From assembly GCA_964235485.1 (NCBI GenBank), contig CAXSAZ010000019.1, positions 8,984-72,983 of the forward strand: DNA of 64,000 nt, in the 5' to 3' direction. Under the pieces are notes generated by a model, which was given only the letters and a program-made list of their open reading frames with translations, had not been told where the DNA came from and did not search any database. Shown here piece by piece: positions 1-10,083 of the stretch (positions are counted from its first letter, which is position 1; each line of letters starts with the position of its first letter). Made by a program: the position numbers and the translations under genes. The DNA is from an uncultured Acetobacteraceae bacterium (GTDB taxonomy: Bacteria; Pseudomonadota; Alphaproteobacteria; Acetobacterales; Acetobacteraceae).

Positions 1-186
1 TACGCCGGCCATGGCGAGCACGCTTGGCCGGGTCAGCACGGCCTCATACTCGACCAGCAGCGGCGTCGAGAGCAGCATCCTGACCTCACCGTCAAGCACG
101 GCCAGCAGGAGGCGGCGAGACGCGCCGGCGGCACTGCTGAGGCCCGCAACCATGACATCGGTGTCGAATACCACACGCAGCGCCAT
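1..186 (-). CDS. PIN-domain protein (putative TA toxin, PIN_3-like); 3' end runs off the window
   Basis: Manual translation (not in the ORF track): MALRVVFDTDVMVAGLSSAAGASRRLLLAVLDGEVRMLLSTPLLVEYEAVLTRP. VVFDTxV and LLxEYExVL are typical PIN motifs. Confidence 0.8.
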   Translation of the reverse strand, partial: MALRVVFDTDVMVAGLSSAAGASRRLLLAVLDGEVRMLLSTPLLVEYEAVLTRPSVLAMAGV

Positions 187-251
187 GATGTCACAGGTGA
201 CATCATGCGACTATATCGTCCAGTCTTTCACCAATCCTATTGGCCGCTTGC

Positions 252-2018
252 TCACCCTCCGGCCAACACCTGATGCACGGAGGACACCACCACCGACCCC
301 TCGCCCACCGCCGACGCCACGCGCTTGACGGAGCCGGCGCGCACGTCGCCCACCGCGAAAATGCCGGGCCGGCTGGTTTCCAGCACGTGCGGCCGGCGTC
401 CGGACCACACGGGGTCGGCGGCGTCCGGCCCGGCCTCGGCGCCCACCTGCACGAAGCCGCGCTCGTCCAGCGCCACGCCGCAGCCCGCGAGCCAGCCCGT
501 GTTCGGCACCGCGCCCAGCAGCAGGAACACGTTGTGGATGTCCCGCCGCTCCACCGCGCCCGTGCGCCGGTCCGTCCACTCGACCTGCTCCAGGTGCCGC
601 CCGCCTTTCAGCGCCGTGACCTCCGTTTCCGTGTGCAGCGTGATCCGGTCCGACGCCTCGATCCGGCCCACCAGGTAGTCCGACATGCTCGCCGCCAGCC
701 CCGTGCCGCGCACCAGGATGTGGACGTGGGCGGCGTGGCGGGACAGGAACACCGCCGCCTGGCCCGCCGAGTTGCCGCCGCCGACCACGGCCACTTCTTC
801 CCGCTCGCACAGCGCGGCCTCGATGGCGGTCGCCGCCCAATGGATGCCGTTGCCGCCGGAAAAGCGGTCGAAGCCGGGCAGGTCCAGCGTGCGGTAGCTC
901 GCCCCCGTGGCGATCACCACCGTTCGCGCGTGCACCGCGCTGCCGTCGTCCAGGTGCAGCGCATAGGGCCGGGCCGTGCAGTCCAGCCGCACGGCGCTGC
1001 GGGGCACGGCGATGCGGGCGCCGAACTTCTGCGCCTGCACCTGCGCCCGCCCGGCCAACGCGCCGCCCGAGATGCCGGTCGGGAAGCCCAGGTAGTTCTC
1101 GATGCGGCTGCTGGTCGCCGCCTGGCCGCCGGGCGCTTCCGCTTCCAGCACCAGCGTGCCCAGGCCCTCGCTTGCCGCATACACCGCCGCCGCCAGCCCG
1201 GCCGGCCCCGCGCCGACCACGGCCACGTCGAACACCCGGTCCCGTTCCGGCGCTTCCGTCAGGCCCAGGCACGCGCCCAGCTCGGCGTTGCCGGGGCTGC
1301 GCAGCGCCAGGCCCGGGCCGTACACCACCACCGGCACGTCGTCCGGGCCGTAGCCGTGGACGGCCAGCATTGTTCGCGCGTCCTCGCCCTCCGCGCCGGG
1401 CCGGTCGATGTCGAGCACGCGCACGGGGTAGCCGTTGCGGCCCAGGAAACGCTGGATGCGCAAAGACTCGCCCACGCCCTCGTGCCGCGACGCGACCAGG
1501 GTGACGCCGGCTTGGCCGTGCTCGATGAAGCCGACCCGGCGCAGGATGAAGGCGCGCATCACCACCTCGCCGATGTCCGGCTCCGCGGCCAACATGCGGC
1601 GGAAGGCAGCGCGGTTCATGCGGACCACCCGGCCGCCCCCCGCCCCGATGCGGCCGCCGACCAGGATCAGCCGGTCGTTGAACAGGTCCAGCTCGCCGGT
1701 GAACTGCTGCTCGGCATGGACGGTGATCACCCGGTCGCCGCCGTCCGGTCCAGGCTCGTAGATCTCGATCTGGCCCCGCAGCACGATGAAGAAGTCCACC
1801 GTGCGGTCGCCGCGCCGGAACAGCACCGTGCCCGCGGGCAGGTCCTCCGCGGTCCCGAACGTCCCGGCGCGCCCGATCTGCTCGGCGGTCAGCCGCGGAA
1901 AGGTCTGCGCTTCGCGCAAGTAAGGGTCGGACGGGTTGGGCGCGACCACCGCCGCCTCCGCCGAGCCTGCGTCCACGACCGCCGCGGGCCGGGTATCCAC
2001 GTCATCCATGTCCGTCAT
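252..2018 (-). CDS. cNMP-binding domain fused to thioredoxin reductase-like FAD oxidoreductase
   Basis: N-terminal cNMP-like region (LFRRGD...FFIVLRGQIEI, FTGELDL); GAGPAG, GGGNSAGQ and IFAVGDVR TrxB motifs; lacks CxxC (HWAATAIE). Confidence 0.85.
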   Translation of the reverse strand: MTDMDDVDTRPAAVVDAGSAEAAVVAPNPSDPYLREAQTFPRLTAEQIGRAGTFGTAEDLPAGTVLFRRGDRTVDFFIVLRGQIEIYEPGPDGGDRVITVHAEQQFTGELDLFNDRLILVGGRIGAGGGRVVRMNRAAFRRMLAAEPDIGEVVMRAFILRRVGFIEHGQAGVTLVASRHEGVGESLRIQRFLGRNGYPVRVLDIDRPGAEGEDARTMLAVHGYGPDDVPVVVYGPGLALRSPGNAELGACLGLTEAPERDRVFDVAVVGAGPAGLAAAVYAASEGLGTLVLEAEAPGGQAATSSRIENYLGFPTGISGGALAGRAQVQAQKFGARIAVPRSAVRLDCTARPYALHLDDGSAVHARTVVIATGASYRTLDLPGFDRFSGGNGIHWAATAIEAALCEREEVAVVGGGNSAGQAAVFLSRHAAHVHILVRGTGLAASMSDYLVGRIEASDRITLHTETEVTALKGGRHLEQVEWTDRRTGAVERRDIHNVFLLLGAVPNTGWLAGCGVALDERGFVQVGAEAGPDAADPVWSGRRPHVLETSRPGIFAVGDVRAGSVKRVASAVGEGSVVVSSVHQVLAGG

Positions 2019-2130
2019 CCCAACCGGAAGGTTCGCCCCATGTCCGGCGCTGACATTGGATGGTTTCAGCCGGCGGCGCCAGGGTCGGAGCGGCTTGCCC
2101 GGTGCAAGCGCCCGGGGGATGGCGGCGCCC

Positions 2131-3999
2131 TCACGGCCGCCACGTCCCGCCGCCGGCGCCGGACAGCTCGCGGTCGAGGAAAAACGCGGCCGAGATGAGG
2201 GCCAGGTGGGTCAGCGCCTGCGGCGTGTTGCCGAGCTGCTCGCCGGACGGGCCGACCTCCTCCGAGAACAGGCCGAGGTGGTTGGCATGGCCCAGCATCT
2301 GCTCGAACACCAGCCGCGCTTCCGCGAGCCTTCCTGCGCGGGCCAGGCACTCGGCATACCAGAACGAGCACGCGGTGAAGGCGCCTTCCTGCCCGTCCAA
2401 GCCGTCATCCACCCGGTAGCGGAACACCAGCGCATCCTCCGCCAGCTCCCGCCCGATGGCGTCCAGCGTGGCCAGCCAGCGCGGGTCGGTGGCCGACACG
2501 AAGCGCACCAGCGGCAGCAGCAGCATGGCGCCGTCCAGGTGCGTGGCGCCGCGGGCCGCGACGAAGTGGCCGCGCTCCGCGTCCCAGAACTCGTCCCACA
2601 CGCTGGCGTGGATCTCGTCCCGCGCCGCGTGCCAGCGCACGAGCGGGGCGGGCAGGGAACGCTTCTGCGCCAGGCGCATCGCCCGGTCCACCGCCACCCA
2701 GCACATCACGCGGCTATGCAGCCAGTGCCGGGCCGGGCCGCGCATTTCCCAGATGCTCTGGTCCGGCTCCTTCCAATGCTCGCACACGTAGTCCACGGTG
2801 CGGATCGCATAGCGCCAGCCCTCGTGGCTGATCGCCTCGCCGTACTTGTTGGCGAGGTAGACGGCGTCCAGCAGCTCGCCGTAGATGTCGAGCTGGACCT
2901 GGCCATAGGCGGCGTTGCCGGTCCGCACGGGTGCCGCGCCCCCGTAGCCGCGCAGGTGCGGCAGCTCGGCCTCGTCCAGGCGTTCGTGCCCGTCCACGCC
3001 GTACATGATCTGCATGGACCCGTCGGACCCGCAGCCCTTGGCGCGCGCGCCCACCCAGCGCATGAAGGCGTTGGCCTCGTCAGCAAAGCCCAGCCGCATG
3101 AAGGCATACACCGTGAAGGACGCATCCCTGATCCATGTCGCCCGGTAATCCCAGTTCCGCCCGCCGCCCGGCGCTTCCGGCAAGCCAAAGGTCGCGGCCG
3201 CCACGACCGACCCGTGCCGGCGCGAGGTCAGCAGCTTGAGCGCCAGCGCCGAGCGCGTCACCGCCTCGCGCCAGCGCCCTTTGTAGCTGGAACGCGCGGC
3301 CCAGCCGTGCCAATGGGCGACGCAGGCCCGGAGCAGCGCCTCCGGGTCCGGCTGGCCCGGCGCTTCCGCGGCGTCCTCCAGCACGAACTCCGCGCATTCC
3401 TCCGCCCGCAACGTGAACTCGGCCACCGCCGCGCCGCCGTCGGGACCGGACTCGGCAGCCCCGGTTTCGACGGTCAGGGGCACCGTTCCCCACAGCCGCA
3501 GCGCCGGGCCGGCGTCGCCGCCGAACACGACGGCGTTCTCGGCGGGTTCCGCGCGGGTTTTGCTCCGCGCGTAGTCCAGGCGCGGGGCGCAGCGCAGGGC
3601 GAAGCGCACCTCGCCCCGCGCCGCGCGCACCCGGCGCACCAGGCGCGGCAAGCCGTCCGGCTCGGGGAAGGGCATGAAGTCCGTGATCTCGCCCACGCCG
3701 CCCGGCGCCGCGAAGCGGGTCAGCAGCACGTTGGTGTCCGGCAGGTACATCTGCCGCCGCCGCGGGCCGTCGAGCGCGGGGGCGATGCTCCACGCGCCGC
3801 CCCGCTCCGGGTCGAGCAGCGCCGCGAACACCGAGGGGCCGTCGAAGCCGGGCCAGCACAGGAAATCCACCGTGCCGTCCTCGGCCACCAGCGCCGCCGT
3901 GCCCTGGTCGCCCACCACGCCGTGCGCCTCGATGGGATGGGGGGCGGCCGGCGCCTTGGCCCGCTTCGCCTGCGCGCGGCCCGTGCCTTCCGGCATCAA
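2131..3999 (-). CDS. Glycoside hydrolase family 15 (glucoamylase/trehalase-like)
   Basis: RNWDYRATWIRDASF, SIWEMR, HSRVMCW, NHLGLFSEE...GNTPQALTH motifs. Confidence 0.9.
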   Translation of the reverse strand: MMPEGTGRAQAKRAKAPAAPHPIEAHGVVGDQGTAALVAEDGTVDFLCWPGFDGPSVFAALLDPERGGAWSIAPALDGPRRRQMYLPDTNVLLTRFAAPGGVGEITDFMPFPEPDGLPRLVRRVRAARGEVRFALRCAPRLDYARSKTRAEPAENAVVFGGDAGPALRLWGTVPLTVETGAAESGPDGGAAVAEFTLRAEECAEFVLEDAAEAPGQPDPEALLRACVAHWHGWAARSSYKGRWREAVTRSALALKLLTSRRHGSVVAAATFGLPEAPGGGRNWDYRATWIRDASFTVYAFMRLGFADEANAFMRWVGARAKGCGSDGSMQIMYGVDGHERLDEAELPHLRGYGGAAPVRTGNAAYGQVQLDIYGELLDAVYLANKYGEAISHEGWRYAIRTVDYVCEHWKEPDQSIWEMRGPARHWLHSRVMCWVAVDRAMRLAQKRSLPAPLVRWHAARDEIHASVWDEFWDAERGHFVAARGATHLDGAMLLLPLVRFVSATDPRWLATLDAIGRELAEDALVFRYRVDDGLDGQEGAFTACSFWYAECLARAGRLAEARLVFEQMLGHANHLGLFSEEVGPSGEQLGNTPQALTHLALISAAFFLDRELSGAGGGTWRP

Positions 4000-4171
4000 G
4001 CTGCGCCCCGCGTGTCCGGCCCGGCCTCCGCCGCCCAGGCCCGGCCGTTGCCGCTGATCGCAGTTTTGTCCCTGAGTCGCATGTCGGTCCCATCCTTGCC
4101 GAACGGCATCTGGTCATGGGACCGCCAGGTTGCAGCGGCGCGCAGCGTCACCGGATGCGCCGCCGGGTCGG

Positions 4172-4633
4172 CTATGACGCCGCGGCGGGACGCTTCAGCA
4201 TCAGCGCCTGGCGGCGGCACACCGCGACGACCTCGCCGCGTTGGTTGGTGGCGGTGTGCTCGAACTCGACGATGCCGGCGTTGGGGCGTGACTTGCTGTC
4301 CCGGGCCGCCAGCACGACGGTGCGCACGCCCAGGGTGTCGCCGTGGAACACCGGACGGGGAAACCGCACGTCGCTCATGCCGAGGTTGGCAAGCGTGGTG
4401 CCGAGCGTGGTGTCGTTCACCGTCATTCCAACCGTTAGGCCGAGGGTGAACAGGCTGTTGACGATGACTTGGCCGAACTCGGTCCCGGCGGCGTAGTGGG
4501 CATCGAGGTGCAACTGAGCCGGGTTCATGGTCATGGAGGAGAACAGGACGTTGTCCGTTTCGGTGACGGTGCGGCGCCAAGGGTGGTCGAACGCGGCGCC
4601 GACCGTCAGCTCCTCGAAGAACAAGCCTGGCAT
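4172..4633 (-). CDS. MaoC-family dehydratase
   Basis: RTVTETDN...[16 protein letters not shown] hot-dog fold motifs. Confidence 0.9.
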   Translation of the reverse strand: MPGLFFEELTVGAAFDHPWRRTVTETDNVLFSSMTMNPAQLHLDAHYAAGTEFGQVIVNSLFTLGLTVGMTVNDTTLGTTLANLGMSDVRFPRPVFHGDTLGVRTVVLAARDSKSRPNAGIVEFEHTATNQRGEVVAVCRRQALMLKRPAAAS

Positions 4634-4795
4634 TTATGCGTCTCCGTCCCGTTTGGTCTTGATCGGCAGGCCGCTGCTTCTCGCGGCGTCCGCACGGCGC
4701 TGCGGGGCACGGTCATGGGGCGGCGCGCGGCCTCCGCCGTGGCTTGTCGGCCATTTTCTCAACGCCGGACAATTTCGACACACGATAGGCACTTG

Positions 4796-5827
4796 TCACG
4801 ACGGACCATGGCTTTCATCCCGGAGGATGAACCCCGCCCTTTCCCGCACTGATGCGGAGCGATCCGCAACCAGCAATGCAGCATACCCCCGCCCTTCTGG
4901 CGTTCCGATCAGGTGACGCATAACACCATCAAGCGCAACGCGGCGGACCGCGGCAGATTGATCACGAACGCCCAGCGCAATCAACTCGGCTCGTGCAGCA
5001 GCAACGGTCAGCGTTCGATGACCGAAGGTCGTTACGCGACGACGCAGCCCTATGGACTTATCGACCCACTGCCAGCCATAGCCCAATGGCCACTCGGACC
5101 TGCCTTGAAGCAGCGCACCCAGCGCGACGGCACGCACATGCGGTTGAACGGCCTCATGCGCGATACGTTTCAGGTAAGGGTCAAGCGCAGGCGTGCGGAG
5201 CGCGTGTCGGAGAACCGATGGCATGGGACCGGTCACGCCCCGAACAAGCATGTCAAACAGGCGCTCAGCAACGTCCGTGCGGGCGAACGCTTGGTCGAGA
5301 AGCCCGCGCTCCTCGCGCCAACGCCGCCAACTGCTTTGCTGGACCAGCAAGGCCACGGCAGCCCGGGCCACCACATCCGGGCTGGTCAAAGGGAAGGACT
5401 GGCGCGCACAACGCGCGGCGGCCCGGCGTACCGGCTCTGCCCAGTCATTCAGCCGCCATGCGATGGCGGCAAACAGAAAGGGGGTGGGCAAACCCCCCGA
5501 CAGCTTCATCAGGGCTGCTTCGCGAAGGTGACCGTTTCGATGAAAGAGGAACAGGTACTCAAGCTTTGGTGTTCGGAGTAGTTGCTCGTGGTCGGTCGGG
5601 CGGCGGAACAGCGAGGTTGCGAGCGGCAACGACGACGCCCAACGATGCAAACACGCCGCCGTTGCAATTTCCGCTTCGGCTTTGGCGACTTGTGCTGGCG
5701 GCACGCTGGCCAGCAAGTCAAGAGCCTCTTCCACGCTCCCTATGCGGTCGCCGCGCTCCAGCTTGGTCCCAAGCTCGGCGAGGGCATCGTGCAACGCAGA
5801 AGGCAGAACAGTGCGACAAGCATTCAC
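4796..5827 (-). CDS. Hypothetical helical (HEAT-like) protein
   Basis: 343-aa ORF with plausible composition; LNDWAEPVRRAA, QSAAVRRVAL and RSASVRERA resemble HEAT-repeat junctions; visibly more AT-rich than its neighbours. Confidence 0.6.
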   Translation of the reverse strand: MNACRTVLPSALHDALAELGTKLERGDRIGSVEEALDLLASVPPAQVAKAEAEIATAACLHRWASSLPLATSLFRRPTDHEQLLRTPKLEYLFLFHRNGHLREAALMKLSGGLPTPFLFAAIAWRLNDWAEPVRRAAARCARQSFPLTSPDVVARAAVALLVQQSSWRRWREERGLLDQAFARTDVAERLFDMLVRGVTGPMPSVLRHALRTPALDPYLKRIAHEAVQPHVRAVALGALLQGRSEWPLGYGWQWVDKSIGLRRRVTTFGHRTLTVAAARAELIALGVRDQSAAVRRVALDGVMRHLIGTPEGRGYAALLVADRSASVRERAGFILRDESHGPS

Positions 5828-5945
5828 GCCTCAAAGTGCTGCACCATGCTTTTCCGGTCAACATTCGCCGTCCGTCCGCCACCCACGCCGTATCGACCTG
5901 GCCCGGCGGCAGGAATGCGGCTGCCCGCTTCACGGCGCCGCAAGG

Positions 5946-6425
5946 TCACGCGAGCTCCTTGCGGAAGAACACGCGGTTGAACCCATCCTCCTCCTTGCGG
6001 CCGGTTTCGGTGAAGCCGATACGCTGGTACAGGGCGATGTTCTCGTGCATCTTCTCGTTCGTGAAAAGCGTGACCGCGGCCAGGCCCTGCGCGCGCGCCG
6101 CATCTTCCGCATAGTCCATGAGCACGCGGCCGTAGCCGCGCCCCTGAGCCGACGGATCCACGACGAGGCTGTTGACCTTGATCGAGTCGCCCTCCCTCGA
6201 CAGCAGGATCGAGCCGACCACGCCGCCGCCGACCCGCAACACGTAAACGTTCCGCGTCTCGACCAGCTTGCCGTAGTCCTCGGTCATGGGCGCCGGCAGC
6301 TTGCCGAGGCGCTCCACGTATTTCGAGTATGCGGCATCGACCATGGCCTTGATGACCGCCGCGTCCTCCGCCTCCGCCATCTCCACCACGAAACCCTCGA
6401 CGCGCTTGCGGGCGGTGCCGTCCAT
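5946..6425 (-). CDS. GNAT-family N-acetyltransferase
   Basis: LVVDPSAQGRGYGRVLM acetyl-CoA motif A; NIALYQRIGF motif B; start placed at MDGTARK. Confidence 0.9.
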   Translation of the reverse strand: MDGTARKRVEGFVVEMAEAEDAAVIKAMVDAAYSKYVERLGKLPAPMTEDYGKLVETRNVYVLRVGGGVVGSILLSREGDSIKVNSLVVDPSAQGRGYGRVLMDYAEDAARAQGLAAVTLFTNEKMHENIALYQRIGFTETGRKEEDGFNRVFFRKELA

Positions 6426-6457
6426 TGTTCCAGCCTCCTGAGGATTGGGTTGGGGAG

Positions 6458-8029
6458 CTACCAAAGGCCGATCAAGCGCTTGCCGGCGAAGGACGAGAGG
6501 CGCTCGACATCCGCGTTCGTCATCGTGACCCGGCTCTTGCGTTGCCGGGACCACTCGAACAGCCGGTCGGCCATCTCGCGGAGGGTGGCTTGGCAGCCGG
6601 GGTCCGCGCCGAGATCGACGAGTTCCTGCGGGTCGTTCCGCACGTCAAAGAGCTGCGGACGAAGGCGCTCGTAGAAAACGTATTTCCACTGGTCCGTCCT
6701 GACCATGTAGGCGCGCGCCTCGCTCGGACCCAATCCCAGGTCGCGGCGGGCCTGACGGAAGCTGTAGTCGAGTTCGCTCACCGCATGGTCGCGCCAAGCG
6801 GAAACGCCCGGGCCGCCCCGGAGCAGAGGCAGGAGCGAGCGGCCTTCCAGGCGATGGTCGGCGACTTGGCCGCCGAGGACCTCGACGAAGGTGGGAACAA
6901 GGTCGATGCTTTCCACAAGGGCGTCGCTCACCGTTCCCCGCGCCGCCTGCGCCTCGTCCGAAGGATCGACGACGATGAGCGGCACCCCCACGCTCTGCTC
7001 GTGGAACAACTCCTTCTCGCCTAGCCAATGGTCGCCCATGTAGTCGCCGTGGTCGCTCGTGAACACGATCAACGTGTCCTCAAGGCGGTTCTGGGTTTCC
7101 AGGAACCGCATGAGACGGCCCATGTGGTCGTCGATCTGCTTGATCAGGCCCATATAGGTCGGGGCGACCGTGAGCCTCACCTCCTCCTTGGCGAACAGCA
7201 CGCTTTCGGGGTGCTGCATGAAGGCCTTGAAGACCGGGTGGGCATTCTCCCGCTCGGCCTCGCTGCGGATGGCGGGAACGCAGTCCTCCGGGCCGTACAT
7301 GCCGTGGTAGGGCGCCGACACGATATACGGCCAATGCGGCTTGATGTAGCTGACGTGCAGGACCCAGGGTCGGTCGCCCTGCTCCCGGATGAACGCCATC
7401 GCCTGGTCCGTCGTCCAGGCCGTCTCGCTGTGCTCCTCCGGGATGCGCGCGGGCTCGCGCGCATTCCGCATGTGCCAGCCCGAAAGCAGCGCGCCGTCCC
7501 CGTCAGACCCCGAGTTGGCCCAGTCCTGCCACAGGTTCTTTCCGTCATACCCCTTCTCGCGGAGGTATCGCTCGTAGGATGCGTCCGGGTCGTAGATGAA
7601 GTCGGGGTGCAGGCCGTCGTCGCGCGCGAAAGGCTCAAAGCCGCACTCCGCGGCGTAGCGACCCGCGGCCGTGCCCTGGTCCAGTCCCAAGCGGGAGAAG
7701 CCGTCACGGTCGATCCGCATGTGGGTCTTGCCGACGAGGCCGACCCGCGGCCCGAGAGGCCGCACGTAGTCCCCAAGCGTCCATTCCCCGACCGGCAGGG
7801 GAACGTTGTTCCAGGTGGCTCCGTGGCTCGTGACGTAGCGCCCGGTGTAATACGACATCCGCGCGGGGCCGCAGACCGGCGATTGGACATAGGCCCGGGT
7901 GAACCGCACCCCACGCGCCGCAAGCGCGTCGATATGCGGCGTCTTGAGCGTTGGATGCCCATAAGCCGACAGGTAGTCGGTCCGGAGCTGGTCCGTCATC
8001 ACGAAGAGAACGTTCTTCACCTTCGCCAT
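6458..8029 (-). CDS. Sulfatase/phosphonate-monoester-hydrolase family protein
   Basis: NVLFVMTDQ, CGPAR (formylglycine CxPxR), TSDHGD motifs. Confidence 0.9.
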   Translation of the reverse strand: MAKVKNVLFVMTDQLRTDYLSAYGHPTLKTPHIDALAARGVRFTRAYVQSPVCGPARMSYYTGRYVTSHGATWNNVPLPVGEWTLGDYVRPLGPRVGLVGKTHMRIDRDGFSRLGLDQGTAAGRYAAECGFEPFARDDGLHPDFIYDPDASYERYLREKGYDGKNLWQDWANSGSDGDGALLSGWHMRNAREPARIPEEHSETAWTTDQAMAFIREQGDRPWVLHVSYIKPHWPYIVSAPYHGMYGPEDCVPAIRSEAERENAHPVFKAFMQHPESVLFAKEEVRLTVAPTYMGLIKQIDDHMGRLMRFLETQNRLEDTLIVFTSDHGDYMGDHWLGEKELFHEQSVGVPLIVVDPSDEAQAARGTVSDALVESIDLVPTFVEVLGGQVADHRLEGRSLLPLLRGGPGVSAWRDHAVSELDYSFRQARRDLGLGPSEARAYMVRTDQWKYVFYERLRPQLFDVRNDPQELVDLGADPGCQATLREMADRLFEWSRQRKSRVTMTNADVERLSSFAGKRLIGLW

Positions 8030-8147
8030 GGCGCGGCGCTCCTGTGGACGCGGACCACCCGGCAGGGATTGCTCTACCGAATGAGGCCGATCTGATTGTT
8101 TCAGCCAGGCAAGTCAATCCCGCAGCGCCCGCCCCCTGACCCGGCCC

Positions 8148-9590
8148 TTATGCCATGTCTTCCAGCTCGCGGCCCCGCGTTTCCTGCACGTAGCGCACCA
8201 CAAAGGCGAAGGACAGCAGCGCCATGGCGGCATAGATACCGTAGGCGAAGCCCAGGCCCGCGGAGGCCAGCGCGGGAAAGGTCTGGGACACCACGAAGTT
8301 CGCCACCCATTGCGCCGCGGCGGCGACCGCCAGCGCGTAGGCGCGGATGCGGTTGTTGAACATCTCGCCGAGCAGCACCCACACCACCGGCCCCCAGCTC
8401 ATGCCGAAGAACACGACGTAAAGGTTGGCGGCGACGATGGCGACGGTGCCTTGCGTGTCCGTCAGCACCGGGGCGGCTTCGGGTCCTTGGGTCGGCGCGG
8501 CTGCGAACACGTAGGCCATGGCGCCCAAGGTGACCGCCATGCCGACCGAGCCGACCAGCAGCAGCGGCTTGCGCCCGATCCGGTCCACCAGGACGATGGC
8601 GATCAAGGTGGTCAGGATGTTGGTGACGGACGTGATCACGGTGATCGCCAGCGAGTTGGCCTCCGTGAAGCCGACCGCCTGCCACAACACCGACGAGTAG
8701 TAGAAGATCACGTTGATGCCGACAAACTGCTGGAACACCGAAAGCAGGATGCCGACCCAGACCACCGGCAGCAGCCCCAGCCACGGACCCTTGAGGTCCT
8801 GCAGCGACTGGACGCTTTCCGTCTGCATACTTTGTTGGATCTCGGCGATCTTCACCTCCGGCGGGGGCCGCCGGCTGACGAAGCGTTCCAGGACGTGGGC
8901 GGCTTCCTGCAGGCGCTGCTTCGCCACCAGGTAGCGCGGGCTTTCCGGGATCAGCCCGGCGAACACGCCGTAGATGAGGGCCGGCAGCGCCTCGGAGATG
9001 AACATCCACCGCCACGCTTCCAGCCCGAACCACAGCTTGCCGCTGGCCCCGCCCGCCGCCGCGGCGAGCGCGTAGTCGGTCAGCAGGGCCGCGAAGATGC
9101 CGGTGACGATGGCCATCTGCTGCAAGGAGCCGAGCCGGCCCCGCATGGCCGCCGGGGAGACTTCCGCGATGTAGGCCGGGGCGATGACGCTGGCCGCGCC
9201 CACGGCGAGGCCGCCCACCAGCCGGAAAAAGGTCAGCGACCAGATGTCCCAGGGCAGGCCCGCCCCGATGCCGCTGATGAAGAACAGCACCGCGGCGGCC
9301 TGCATCACGGGGATGCGCCCGTAACGGTTCGCGAGCGGCCCGGCGAACCAAGCGCCCACGGCCGACCCCAGCAGCGCGCTCGCGACCGAGAAGCCGAGCA
9401 GGGCGTCCCCCACATGGGACCATTCCCGGATGGCGCCCACCGCGCCGTTGATGACGGCGGTGTCGAAGCCGAACAGGAAGCCGCCCAGGGCGGCCGTGGC
9501 CGCGACCAGGACGATCCGCCCGACGGGCGGCGCGTCCTCGGCAGCGCCGGCCGCAGGGTGGGTGCCGGCGCCAAATCCTTGGTTGGCCAT
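8148..9590 (-). CDS. Sugar porter family MFS transporter
   Basis: GGFLFGFDT, YIAEVSP..RG.LGSLQQ, PESPRYL, QQFVGINVIFYY, DRIGRKPLL, ETRGRELE; start placed at MANQG. Confidence 0.92.
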   Translation of the reverse strand: MANQGFGAGTHPAAGAAEDAPPVGRIVLVAATAALGGFLFGFDTAVINGAVGAIREWSHVGDALLGFSVASALLGSAVGAWFAGPLANRYGRIPVMQAAAVLFFISGIGAGLPWDIWSLTFFRLVGGLAVGAASVIAPAYIAEVSPAAMRGRLGSLQQMAIVTGIFAALLTDYALAAAAGGASGKLWFGLEAWRWMFISEALPALIYGVFAGLIPESPRYLVAKQRLQEAAHVLERFVSRRPPPEVKIAEIQQSMQTESVQSLQDLKGPWLGLLPVVWVGILLSVFQQFVGINVIFYYSSVLWQAVGFTEANSLAITVITSVTNILTTLIAIVLVDRIGRKPLLLVGSVGMAVTLGAMAYVFAAAPTQGPEAAPVLTDTQGTVAIVAANLYVVFFGMSWGPVVWVLLGEMFNNRIRAYALAVAAAAQWVANFVVSQTFPALASAGLGFAYGIYAAMALLSFAFVVRYVQETRGRELEDMA

Positions 9591-9786
9591 TGTTTTCCCC
9601 CTGTTTGGCGCCCCTTGCCCTGCTGGGCGGGACGCTTTCGGGAAAGCGTCGGCGCATTTGGCTTGGCGGGCAACCCTCACACGAAAGGTTGACGCTTTCG
9701 GGAGGTGTCTGGTTCGGGCGGTGCTCGATGCTTGCCGGGCAGACCGTCCTTCCAAGAGGACCCTGGCAACGGTTATGATGCCGCCC

Positions 9787-10044
9787 ATGGATGATGTCGC
9801 TCTCCCGCCGGACCTTGAGCAGTTCGCGGCCGAGGCCGTGGCGGCGGGCCGCTACCGTGACCGGGCGGACCTCATCGCGGCTGGCATCGGGTTGTTGCGG
9901 CAGCAGGAAGCCGCCCGCGCCGATTTGCTGGCGTCGGTGCTCTCCGCCAAGGAGGAGGGCGACCGTGACGGGTATCTCGACGGCGACGAGGTTGCGGCGC
10001 GGGTCCGGGCGGCAACCGCGCGGAGAAGCGCCGCTTCGGCGTGA
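9787..10044 (+). CDS. ParD-like ribbon-helix-helix antitoxin (orphan)
   Basis: LPPDLEQFAAEAVAAGRYRDRADLIAAGIGLL matches the ParD/CopG-type antitoxin pattern (V.sG.Y...sevir.alrll). Confidence 0.7.
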   Translation: MDDVALPPDLEQFAAEAVAAGRYRDRADLIAAGIGLLRQQEAARADLLASVLSAKEEGDRDGYLDGDEVAARVRAATARRSAASA

Positions 10045-10083
10045 GCCGGCCGGACGGCCATCGTGCGCAGGACGGCAACCTCG

